The position numbers were made by a program, and so were the translations under genes. A model generated the notes under the pieces. The model saw nothing but the letters and a program-made list of their open reading frames with translations, was not told where the DNA came from and searched no databases. A stretch of DNA of 61,806 bases, the filler included, from Choristocarpus tenellus KU-1152 (taxonomy: Eukaryota; Protista; Phaeophyceae), in assembly GCA_964200185.2 (NCBI GenBank). It is 12 parts of 12 records of this genome, joined end to end, with 100 filler letters (N's around TTAATTAATTAA, not from the genome) between each part and the next. Parts side by side here need not be neighbours in the genome. Positions count along the whole stretch, not along the records: positions 39,069 to 43,372 come from CAXNAD020015202.1; positions 43,473 to 48,157 come from CAXNAD020013472.1; positions 48,258 to 50,871 come from CAXNAD020026267.1; positions 50,972 to 61,806 come from CAXNAD020002681.1; 8 more parts are not named here. The stretch is one strand, 5' to 3'. Shown piece by piece: positions 39,185-51,165 of this stretch (position 1 is the stretch's first letter; each line of letters opens with the position of its first letter).

Positions 39185-39415
39185 AAAGGACAATGATCAA
39201 GTGACCTTTGTCCAGACAGAGTGTGCTGCAAATGTCAAGACAATTTCCACTTACTGCACCGACTCTTTTAGAAGTGGTGCCAGAGGTGTGTGTTTGTGTT
39301 TGTGTATTCTTGAAAGCATACCTCCCGTACTCCATACTGACAAATTCCGTTGATTGAAATTCTTCCTTGGTTGTAAAATATACCTCTTCTTCCCTTCTTA
39401 TTTTTCGTGTCTAAG

Positions 39416-40584
39416 GCAAGAAATGGTGTGTATAAGTACACTGGGATGTGGCAGTCTCTGGTACTCGTGGCCAAAGAGGAGGGTAGGAGGGGTCTCTACG
39501 CTGGGATGGGGACACACGTTGCCAGAGTGGTGAGCCACGGGGGAAGAGATACATTTTCTGGTTACAGTTACAGTTACTGCTACAGTGTGGTTGAGAAGGG
39601 CAAGAGAGGGGGTAATTTTATTGGGTATTAAAAAGGTCAAATTCTTGATTTAAGGTTAGGAAGGGTTAAGAATGGTCATTTTTTAGGGGGAGAAAAAGAG
39701 TTTATTGGGTGAGAAATGGGGAGTGCAAGGTGATGAATGATTGTACTTGAGGGAGTTGTTGTCAGGGATTTGTTTGAGGGGGTAGCTTTGTAATGACTTA
39801 CAAGAATGAACCCACAGTAGTTTTGCTACCCATTCTGGCACGCCTGATTTGTACATAAATGGAGGTTTCCAGTCATGAAGTGTCCATAAAATTGTGATTT
39901 ATTTGAGGGGTTAGCTTTTTTGTAACAATGTAATAGAATGAACCCACAGTAGTTTTGCTACCCATTCTGGTACGGCTGATATGTGCATAGGTGGAGGTTT
40001 CCAGTCATGAAGTGTCCATAAAATTGTGTATTTTTATTTCGAGGAGACAAGAATGTACAAGAGAGTCCATTCTCAGTGCAAACTGCCCAAAGAGCCTCCT
40101 CATTTTGGGCCAGCATTTCATTATCCCACCCTTGAAGAGGTATAGAAGTGGTATTATCAAGCTGGGTGTAGATTCTGGTAAGACACTACTGCAGTCAGTG
40201 CAGGTTAACCATTGTGGGTGCTACTCATTATTCTGATTTCCTTTGACACTCTTGTGTCCTGAGTAAGTATGCTATCTCTAGGGCTTAAAAGATCCAACGA
40301 GGTGTGAAACCTCCACAGTATTCTTGCGGAAATTGAGACGCCTATTCTCATACAAGCCCTACTGGCAGGTGCAATTGAAAGCATGCATCGATGAGAATCT
40401 CATACCCTCCATGTCACCATTCCCTCCCTCTGTCCCAACTGCCTTCCTCCTCTATACAACTGCTGTACTCTTGTGTATGGAGCAGGTGCCTAACATGGCC
40501 CTAATGATGGTATCTTTTGAGCTCATCAGCGAGTGGCTGAACCGGGCAGAGGTAGCCAGGCGCCTCAAGACTGCTAATGTGTAG
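39416..40584 (+). CDS. Last two exons (39416-39529, 40486-40584) of a mitochondrial carrier, SLC25A33/36 (Rim2)-like pyrimidine nucleotide transporter
   Basis: ARNGVYKYTGMWQSLVLVAKEEGRRGLYAGMGTHVARV|VPNMALMMVSFELISEWL is the second half of carrier repeat 3 (EG..GLY.G....R..P). The THxxRxxPN.A.M pattern is typical of Rim2/SLC25A36. Confidence 0.8.
39804..40028. repeat. Intronic tandem duplication, period ~132 bp
   Basis: GAATGAACCCACAGTAGTTTTGCTACCCATTCTGG...GTGTCCATAAAATTGTG occurs twice. Confidence 0.85.
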
Positions 40585-43341
40585 TTCCAACGTGCCTGAT
40601 GTACGCTAGCACTTGTGTAGATGGTTAGGGTTAGGGTTAGGGTTCTGTTGATAGAGCTCTTATGTTGGTCCAAAGTTGTACACTCTGGGGTCTGTTGTGT
40701 GTGGTTGGCCGTGGAGTGATCTGATGAGTGAAGGATTGGGTGCAATGTTCTTGTGTGGTTCTTATTCTGGCAACAAGCAGGTGGGCATTATTGGAAATCT
40801 GGAGTAAAGCGATATTTTTTGTGGTGAGGTTTTGCTTATTGTTGGTGGTGGTGCAAAAGGGTGATGAGGAGGTTAGGGACAGTGGGATCTCACATCTCTG
40901 TAGGTCTGCTTTTTGATTGACTAGACTATGACGGTAGTGATGTATTATTTGGAAAACGTTGTGTCATTGTTAGCAAGATATGTGTGTGCTTAGAGAAGGG
41001 TGAGAGTGGTATTTTGGGTTGAGGAGTTGTTGACATTTGTTGACTTGTAGAAGGATGAGGGAGATTTCGTTCTTCTTTGGTGTAGTGAGGGTGCAGTATA
41101 GAGGTGATCTAAGAGGAGGCTATTGTGAAGAGCTTGGTAAGTGAAATGCACTGGTGCAGGCTGATTGATTCCTTGTGTTTATGGTATGACCTTCTATTTA
41201 CTGTCTTGTGTGTTTCCTTCCCAACATGTTTAATCTGGGTGAGAACTATAACCAGGTATTCATGATGGCCATTCTGGCCTCTATCCATGGAGTCACATTG
41301 AACGCTGATTGCTTCCACAGCAGAGGTTGAGAAAACAGTGATTTGTTTTTGTCCCAAGCAGAGGTTGATATTGTTCCATCTCAGCAAGGTCCTGTGCAGT
41401 AATGAAAACCAAAAATGGCAAGTACACTACTGTGATGCACATGCAAGAGACTTTTCATGTCCCCTCTCCCTGGTTTGAGAGGGTGGGCGCTGCCTGCCGC
41501 ACCAGTAACATTAGCAGAGGTCATGTGCATTGTGGGTGTGTAGATGACGATCCTTTTCTTCCAAGTGATGTTTGTGCAAAGGAGATATTTGAGAATACAT
41601 TTGAGTAAGTATTAAGGGTATTTTTGAATGTCAGCATGGTTGGGTTAGAGCATGCACACCATCTCCAACTATTGGTAGAATTTCCCTGTTCAAATCACAC
41701 CAGCTGTCAGTGGAATGGCATCATGGCATCATTGGTCAAACTGTGGGATGTGCAGGGGTGGATAGAGGAAAGTGAGCAGCTCACGGAATATGATCTAGGG
41801 TGTGCCGGGTGTGGGTTCGGAGAGGAGGTGTACCAAGATCAGTAACAGTTAATACCCCTCCTACCAGCCATGCCCATTGGGAAGCATGTATCTCTAGGTT
41901 TGGTGGTTTCTGTTGAATAAGGTGCACATATCTTTTGATGAAGAAGGTGGTATCACCAGTGAGGAGGTGTGTGGAGGAGTGAAATTTGGAGAAATGGAGG
42001 CACAAGAGCTTTGGAAATGTTGGGTACAAGATGAGGTCTCAAATTGGTGGTGGAATCCTTGGACTAGCGAATGTTAAATGATGGGCAGCCAAATTTGATT
42101 GAGAAACCTATGTTAACTCTAGCATTGAGCATTGCATCATTTGAGGTGTGTCTTATTCACATAGCGTACACCGCAAGTCATTTGCTGTCATAATTTCTAC
42201 AATATGTATGAACTGTTTGAGCAACCCACCACCCAGCCCATTTCATACCTCAGTCTCCAGAGTGAAAGGCTTAGTAACAGTTTGGTTGATGAATCAACTA
42301 TCGTGTGTATCAAATACCGCATCAAATCACAAGAAAAGTTGAAGGGTTGGACATCCTTATCGATATCAAGATGGTATATCAAGGAGCATGCCGCTCAATA
42401 TGATACACACACTCGGTCCTCAATACCAACACCATATGGAATGAGTTTTGAGGGGTGTTTGATAGCTATGAGAGAACCATGATTGCCATAAACCGTACTG
42501 ATATTTGGTCGATTCTGGAGCAACAAGTGTGCGGTTGGTTCTCACGCTTGGGAAGTGGAAATTTCTGATGGTCTTGAACGATGAGAAAATTTCCATTATG
42601 TTGGCATTCAAGGCCTGATACCCCCCACACGTGACATTTGCTCTATTTTGTGTTTTGACTAGTTGAGTTTGTTGTTTATCATGTTTGGAGTTGGTACTTG
42701 AGCAGTACTGTTCTTGTTTACCGTTTTTCTCATGATTGTTATTGCTGTATAATTGTTGCAATGCCAGACAAACCAACCTTACTGGAGGTTGTGACCTTGA
42801 TGGTCTGCAATCACAGTTCCTTTTGCTTGCGTGACACACAAGCACAACGTGTATAGTCTTGGATATATCTATGACTCTCAAGTATCAGCAGTACACATCC
42901 CCCCTGATATTGTAGTCGACTCAGGACCATTGATCATGGATAATGAATTAAAGACGTAACAAAAAAATGTTCTTTCCTGAGAGTTTCTCCTACTACCCTC
43001 CTTGATCACTGTACAGCTCGCTGTGATATTTGATGGTATGCAGCACCCATGCAGTCCATGAACATGTACGAGCCGTGTTGCCAGTTATTCATTGACAAGT
43101 ATAAACATACTTACTCCAGAGTTGAGAACACTTTCTCATAATTCCTATGGGGTAGAGGAAAGGCCTGAGATATTTTGGGGCAATGGACAAAAGATGACAA
43201 AAAATGATATAAAATGCTAGTAATACTACTGCTGTGCTAAGTCACACAAACACTGGTCCGAGCAAGTGGGACCCCCTCGGCCCAACAGGGTCCCGCCTCT
43301 CTTGTCGCCAGGTCTGGTGGGGAACAAAGGCCACTTGATGG

Positions 43342-43372
43342 CCCTAGCCCTAGCCCTAGCCCTAGCCCTAGC
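43342..43372. repeat. (CCCTAG)n telomere-variant repeat at a contig end; short (CCCTAA)n/(TTAGGG)n runs also at ~1623-1641 and ~40623-40643
   Basis: Directly visible hexamer repeats. Confidence 0.8.
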
Positions 43373-43523
43373 NNNNNNNNNNNNNNNNNNNNNNNNNNNN
43401 NNNNNNNNNNNNNNNNTTAATTAATTAANNNNNNNNNNNNNNNNNNNNNNNNNNNNNNNNNNNNNNNNNNNNGGGTATACTATCACTTTACTTATATACA
43501 CTCTATACGCCCTATCGAAAACC

Positions 43524-43705
43524 ATACCTTCTCGGCCTTTTGGCTAAGATCATGTGTAGTATCTGTTCTATCTAGTGTGAAAACTAGATGATCTCCAATG
43601 GAGATCAAATTTCACACCTGTTTTTGAAACCGCTAGATCAAGTGTTGCTTGCAACACTCTGGCTGGATTTCCTTGACATTACACTAAAGCCAAGTGAGGT
43701 CCGTC
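43524..43705 (+). ncRNA. U2: U2 spliceosomal snRNA (variant or young pseudogene)
   Basis: 5' ATACCTTCTCGGCCTTTTGGCTAAGATCA, branch-point recognition GTGTAGTA, stems IIa and IIb, IIc complement TTTCACAC, Sm-like TTTTTG, stem III with GCTTGC loop, and stem IV. Confidence 0.93.
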
Positions 43706-46700
43706 CCGCGAGGGACAATATAACACAATCCACCCAGCACATAAGACCAATTCACTTGCTATTGCAACAGAAATGCGTCATGCATCGTCTCCCACATCAC
43801 CACACACCATAGCTCTATCAACATGTTACAGCAAACAAAATTCAACTCCCTCCCCTACAACAAGAAACAAGTGAATGGTGAATTGATATTACAACACCAA
43901 TTTCCTATATTTAATAGTTGCCAGTGCAATGGACAGTGAATTAGCAATTTGGTTGGCCCCCCTACTTCTATGAACTAGATAGGCCTTTGATGAAATATTT
44001 AACAAAAAACAGAAAACAGGTACAGGGGGGTACACCCTTTAGAAGGCATCATTAAGTAAGAAGGTATGTCAGTCAGTTAGGCATGCAATACCGACCTTGT
44101 TAGCACAAATTAATGCCAGTAGTCTCGATTTTGTGCCACAAGGCAAGTTTTGGGTAGGACTGGGCAGACATGACTTACAGTGAACAGACATGCCATGTCA
44201 AGGGTGATGAAACTCGTTTGCATGTGAGGTGGTTGCAGACAGTCAGGCAGTACCCTTTCCATAAACCTCCTGCACATGTTGGCCATGCCGTGCACATTGA
44301 AAGGCTGCTGTCTCATTCCTGCAGGCACACTGGGACCACCACACTCCACTACTGGGCGTAAATGTCGGTGTGGGCACTGAGTCACAGTAAATGAGAGGCA
44401 TCCAGGGTTGCATTTTAAAGGTGTTGACAAATATGTGCAAGTTTTTTTAGGTATTTTGTAGAAATGTGTGTAGGAATTTTCTTAGTTCTGTCGAAACTTT
44501 GCAAACCATGGAGAAATCAACACGCTCAGATCAATCTTAGTACTTCCTCCAGAGAAATGATGGGTCAATTGAAGATTTAAAAAGTGGTTTAAAATGTTGA
44601 ACGACCAAAATTTGGGTACCGTTCAATTGCTTTGTCTCACTACTTTAATGGAATTTATGGCACTGAGGATCCGTGAACCTGGATGGGGACAATGAGATAA
44701 AATAGGTTATAATTTGATTGTCACACTCCCAAGGAGAAGAAGAGTGAAAAGGGCACTAGTGACGATGAGACTGCGGTTGTGTTAATCAAGGACCTCTTCT
44801 CCTCCAGATGGAAACAACCTTCTTGCTGCTGAGAAGTAGTTACAGCTGTCTGGTACAGGGTCGGCTTTGTTTTGGGGGAAAGTGCCCCCAACAAGGTTGG
44901 GGGCAGGTTGGGAGCAGTGCCTTGTCCAGTACGGTAAGCACATGGAAGGGGAAGTATGGGGACGCATCAGGTGGCGCTGATAAACAGAAATTATCATCTT
45001 TGGCCCAGAAAGGGTTAGTGCTGGACTTGGTAGGTAGACACAAGAAGAATCAAATAGTTATTATCGCAGAGTGATACAGGGATGGTGTGAGGACCATTGC
45101 ATAATTTGGAGCCAGTAACAAGGGGCTTCAGAAGCAGCCTCTATTGCAGATCGAAAGGGGGAAAGAAATGAACTGACTTGGTGGAGACATTGAAAAACTT
45201 CAGATCAGGTCTGGTGAGCTTCGGACCAAAAACAGCATCACTAGGGCTCAGGAATGGTTACAATGGAGAGGATGTAGTTGAGGGCTTTACACGGGATATA
45301 AAAATGATCTACTGACAGATGGTAGACATTTTTTAAAGATTTTTCGCGTCGTATGTGTATATTGTGTATCCATCCGTTTGACATTGTAGGAATCAACCGC
45401 CTGTCCTATATCAACAGAACCAAGAATAGTTGATTGTTGAATCAACCCGAAACACCCAATTAAGGGACCCAGGAGTTTGGGTGGAAATGGGACACCTGTT
45501 TATCCTCCCCCTGCTTACGCTATGGCTTGTCTCTGTTGGAGCAATACTTTCGGCTCGCGTTGGACAAATCCCTCTTTCAAGGTGCACTATGTCATCCTCA
45601 ACTCCTTGGATGTCTACCTCGCCATCTAGAAGGTGGCGACAGCGAAAGCCTCTAGGCCTGGGATCATGGCGAGTTCTATCCGTGATTGACAATGAGGAGC
45701 CTAAGACCACATTCTTGTTTCTTTTCGCAGACGGATCCGGTGAGTCCCTGAGGAAAGAACATACAGATATGTGTGAAGATAGGTTGAACAAGGGGTTCGA
45801 CGTGGGAATGTATCCCAACAGACTCTTGTTATGTGGATTGTACACTTTGGCATATGTTTCAACGCGCAGAGTAATTGAAGCCTGGTGAGCATCTTGCACT
45901 GGTTGAACAGGTCGATTTGTACCGTCAACCAATACTTCGAGAGGTCTATCACTAGTATTCCTAGTTTGTTCGTAATTCGCACGAAATACTACTGTACTGG
46001 AGTTACAGAGGAGTCCTACCCAGTGCTAGATGCAGACCCATATCATACAGGAAGTGTGGAATAGTTTTCTATCTGCGTGCGAGGAGTGCCATGTACTCCT
46101 ATGTGCTGTTGTGGAGTCCATGCAGATCCTAGCGATGTCTCGCGATCTCGCCCACCTCTTACAATAAGTCAACAAGGTTAGCCATGGGGCGTCGGTTGGG
46201 CCTATTCAATGGACAGCAATGCAATGAGGTGTACTAGTTTGGTGGTGAAATTGATGCATATCAATTCCTCCCTCAAATATATATTACAGGGGTAAGCAAG
46301 AGAAATGTATTAGGAACTTTCAATTTTTTCGGTGCATGCGCAGCGTATATTGTAAATTTTCCCTCCTTTTCCAATCGCGTTCATAATGCGGTATATAGCA
46401 TGTGTTGTCCATATCTGTCTGTTATTTGCTTGTTTTGACATTCTAAATGCACAAAAACTCTTTGGTCTTACGCCACAAACCCCTCGTCGATACGTCTATG
46501 TACCCCAATTCCTCCTGGCCATCGTCGCCCCATTCACTTCTTTCTTCTCCCACAACTGCATTTTTCTGTGCTGCCTTCCTCAAACTTCCCACAATCAACC
46601 CAGTGTCCTCTATTACAATTGTCTTTTACTCTCTCCGCCTGCTACCACCCTGTCCTCCACTCTTCTTTACTGCCTGCCTGCCTACCTGCTCTGGTCACAC

Positions 46701-47492
46701 TCAATACACAATAGTGAAGAGAGAATTACACCAGGAAAACAATGATGGCCATTGGAAGGTCACAGGCAACGAATTTTCTCTCACCTTAGATCAAGGGTCC
46801 AAATCAAGAATGCTTGATGATCTCAAGTAAGTGGAGGGGTTAGTGGGGCCAGATGGGGGCACGCCTATTTTCTGTTGACTATATATACCACACTTGTCAA
46901 CACACACTTTTGGTGACCTCTACGTTTATATGATCATTTGCTCTGGTACACACAAGTATCTGATTGGCCCCTGTTGTAGCCTTCATGCATGGATGGATGT
47001 ACCATGACTACAATTGGGGCGCTCTTAGTTTAATCTTTCATAGCCAATGCAGTACCACTTTATCACCGCTGTCGTAACTTGTCAAAAGTAACTGCTGACC
47101 TCAGGACTCTCCACTGCACAACTATTGACTGTTTAGATTGTTTTCTGTGGTCACCAAATTCGAAGGGTGACCACCAAATGCCGTAAGGCTGGGGAGGGGG
47201 TGGGATGGGGGGGAAATTGCAGCGAAATGTGGTCAATGCATGACAGTACCTTCAACTTTTCCTTCAAATGTTTGTAACGCAGCCGTAGTGATACTCCTTG
47301 CGGAATATCCCTAAGGCCTCTAAGCCCAACGTCCTGCCTAACAAAAACATTGTGATCCAGTACCCCAGTAATTTGTACCTTTAATATATTTGTTGGTGTG
47401 TTTAGCGAGTATTCATTATATCTTCTCTTTTATCGTGTAATACTAATCTCGTGTATCAATCCGTCAATAGTTCACGTTGCGCAAATGTTCAA

Positions 47493-47495
<3 letters not shown>

Positions 47496-47527
<32 letters not shown>
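47496..47527. repeat. (TG)n microsatellite; others are (CT)n ~556-579 and (TA)n ~28253-28273
   Basis: Directly visible. Confidence 0.9.
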
Positions 47528-47528
<1 letters not shown>

Positions 47529-48257
47529 TTTTTCCATTGAGAAGGTGGTTTATCGCATCCTTACCGACACCGATAATAGTTGTATGTTTGACACTGTGAT
47601 TGCCTGTGCTAGGCGGATTGAAAGATCCTACCAGGCCATTTCACACAAAGGAGGAGGCTCTCCGAATTCATCGCGCATTAGTTTCAAACTCAACAGGCTT
47701 TGGGCTATTGACTGTGCGTATCGACCCTCTTGTACAGGATGATGTTAGCACACGGCTGTTCCACCTTGCATAGTTGACATGGCTTTGTTAATCCGTTGCA
47801 GATAGCCTTGCTTCAGTCCGGTAGTACCCTTCTGGGAAGGCCTAAGCCTCTAGGAATGTACTCTTCACAGCTGAAAAATAGGAAGCCAGGCATACTACGT
47901 ACATGCAGAGGCGTTGTGTGAAGGTTGAAGGTTGTTGTAATACTTTGTGAACCGTGAGATGTATCTTGCGTAGCATAGATGTCACTGGACGCATTCCCTT
48001 CACATCACATTCTCATACCTCTGTACCCCTTGCCCTCACCGGTTCCTCCTACCTAAGTGCCTGACCCTCCCCCCTCCTCCCCCGCCCCCCGCCCACACAC
48101 CCACGCCCTTTTCTGGCCCATACCCCCCGCGCATGTACATCCCCGTGGCATGTCTGCNNNNNNNNNNNNNNNNNNNNNNNNNNNNNNNNNNNNNNNNNNN
48201 NTTAATTAATTAANNNNNNNNNNNNNNNNNNNNNNNNNNNNNNNNNNNNNNNNNNNN

Positions 48258-48514
48258 ACCTAAAGTATCATAGAGGGTAGAGCCGAGTCCGTTTGGGGGT
48301 CAAAATCCAATGTTGCAATTTTGATGTAATTTTGGCTATCATGTTTGTTAGGAAATGTCAATATCCATGTTCCAACACACTTTTTCGTAACATATACACT
48401 TTACCTACTCCGAAACATTTTGGAGTAGGAAAATGTCATTAAAAAGACCATGGGAAGCCAAGCCCCAAATGGACAAACAGAACAAAACTCGTACCCTCTA
48501 AGATACTTTCACTC
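48258..48514 (+). mobile_element. MITE family 2 copy at contig start
   Basis: ACCTAAAGTATCATAGAGGGTA ... TACCCTCTAAGATACTTTCACTC. Confidence 0.88.
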
Positions 48515-50992
48515 TCATGAGAATAAAGTTTTTCTAGATCTATTTGGTGTGTACTCCATATATGGGTGAAGGGGGTACTGTGGAGGGGGAAAAAATGCTC
48601 TGTTTTTCACTTTTCATTATATCCTTTGGGATGTGCACTTTCTTGTAGACAATTTATGCAATATTTCTTCTCCGGGTTTTGCCGCAGGGTGGAAGGCTTG
48701 TCTGTTGCATGTTTTGGGTTGTTGTTCTCATGGTACAAGAATGAAGGTATCTTGATAGGTTTACTGTTATGCCTTGTTGTGGAGCAACCCTCAGTAAGAG
48801 ACACGTTCTCCAAATCAGGCGTATATGCTGCAGTATGTTTCCCCCCAAATTATACTTGACATGGGACATTGTGCGATTAGCTTTTGGATGGACCGCTGAT
48901 CAGTCTTTCTACCATGCAATCTTTCAGGATCCTCCAGTACAGCAGAAGACTTTGCATTCACCATGTTCATTTTTCGCCAGTTCACAATGCCCTTTCTCAC
49001 CCCTCCTTCTTACCCTCCCACCTGACCACCGTATATTCCTGTATGTGGTCCTGCCCCCTACCCCCTGGCTCAATGTTGTGCACATTTGTTGCCTTCCGAT
49101 ACTTGGCTTCCGGTGAGAAGGTTCACATTGGGTTGGTGGACAGAACTTTCTAATGTTGAGCATACCTCTGTGAAAGGTTAGTATTGAGCTAACTGTGGGA
49201 CAAGCAGGCAACACATGGGATTGTTCGCCAATGCATTGTTCATGTGCCGCAAGTAGAAGGTACCCTTGTTTTCAGGACAGCTCAAGGGTCACTTAATGAA
49301 GAAGATACTTATCCAGTAGGAGGCGATGAAGTGTTCACTTCGGTGATATAACTTGAGTCGGTGGAGTGGTTAGGGTTAGTGGATAGGAATCTGGCCTTCT
49401 TGACTTGCTTCTTCAACATAATGACTTGCGCTCCTCACTGGGACCAGTCTAATTCTCTTTTGTCCCCCTCCCCCCAGTGAGCACTTATGCTTCAGAAGAC
49501 GCTGACAACACCTGGTTTCCCTCTTCTTGTCACTGCAGTCCTTAACTTGAAATCAGTGCATTGTACGTATCTATTTTAAGTTAGCATTGTCGATTTGGTT
49601 GTGTAATGCTAGTGAATTGGCTACAGTCAGGTCAGGTCCCGGGATAGGGGACGGACAAGACAGCGTGATGAGCAGCAGCATATATTTCCCATGTGTTTCT
49701 GGGGTGGTGGCGCTTTGACGCCCTATCCGTTCATGCATCAATTAATGTCATTATGTAGTCAGATGGCTTGGGGAATAATAGTAGAGGACTTCATGCAGGA
49801 GGACAAAGGTTGTGCGTTTGGCCTTGTGATTGCATGTTGTGTTGAACATGCAACCACCAGTTAAGAGATTTTCTTGACACCTCAATCCAATCCAGTGCAC
49901 ACGAGTCCACAGATAGCACACAGTAATAGTACGGCTTTAGCACGAATGTACATAGCTAATCAGAGAGTAACAAAGGATGAGCCGAGGTATATCAATGCAA
50001 TGTGCACTTTGAAAGTGGTGGTAGTATTGCAAACAGTAGAACAGCAGGCAGCCACGAGATACGTTGCACGTGGAGGGGCACATATGCTGCATTGCTCAGA
50101 CAATGTACTATTATTTACTACCTATCAATTTCTATGAGGCACTGACTGTCTTCTGCATCCATGGCTTTGCGTCCGCTACCACATTGATGATGGGGCAAAC
50201 TGTGTGGTGATACATGTGTGTGTGTGAGTGTGTGTGTGCCAAATATCTATAATCAGCGGAGGGGATGGGAGTAGTTTACTTGATGCTTGTTGGCTAGAGA
50301 GTAGTATTGGATGCACATCGCCTGTGCTGGCTGTCTTGGGCGACTGTTGGGTCTGCATAGGACAGGTCACTACTAACAGTTTCTTTTTGTGTCATCTTGC
50401 TCATCGTGATACAGACAGTTAATTATCATTGGGTGTTCTTGTTTAGACTGAGGGAGGAAATGGTATCATGTACAGGATGTGCATTTCCTATGTTTTTGGA
50501 GATAAGGGGCAAGGGGACTGTATTGGCTAGATGAGGCGGATTGCATACCTTCCTTGGTGCTTCCTGTGATTCACTTGAACTACTTCCATGTGCGTGCGAG
50601 AAAATATCTTTAAAAAATGTGTGAGACGGATAGGATTAGTGTTTCTTCAACCATGGAAATGTAAGATGTGAAGACTGGTGTAACTGAGTACATGAGTGAG
50701 TAATTCACTTTTTCTACTCTGGCGGGCCAAGAGACTGAAAGAGTGGTAATAACAGCCGATCACCAAAATTGAGGATGGAGCATACTATTGAGGATGGGTT
50801 TTGATCGAAATGGTGCGCGGAAAGTGCCCATATGTTTTTTTTGTAAATGTCGCGGCACTTTTTAAGGGCCCNNNNNNNNNNNNNNNNNNNNNNNNNNNNN
50901 NNNNNNNNNNNNNNNTTAATTAATTAANNNNNNNNNNNNNNNNNNNNNNNNNNNNNNNNNNNNNNNNNNNNTTCGGATCTATAGAGGAAAAG

Positions 50993-51165
50993 GGTGGGGG
51001 GGGGGGGGGGGGGGGGCTACACTAGGGTGTCCATTTGGGCCCTGACCCAGAGAAGTGAACTTACATTATCAATCCGACGTGTACAACCAAATCACCCAAA
51101 AATCACGACATGTAAAAATGGGCCCCAAATGGACAGCCACTACCCCCCCCCAGATACTCTGAGCC
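50993..51165 (+). mobile_element. MITE family 1 copy (left end degenerate)
   Basis: Poly-G, GGGTGTCCATTTGGGC ... CCCCAAATGGACAGCC ... CAGATACTCTGAGCC. Confidence 0.8.

Noticed and set aside
41000-42900. Degenerate coding-like DNA; similar at 48560-49300 and 51290-52560
   Set aside because: Probably old transposable-element debris, with no diagnostic motif to support a call.
45411-47742. Possible exons of unknown genes (45620-45750 minus; 46715-46826 plus)
   Set aside because: Splice sites are plausible but I could not build a consistent model or recognise a family.
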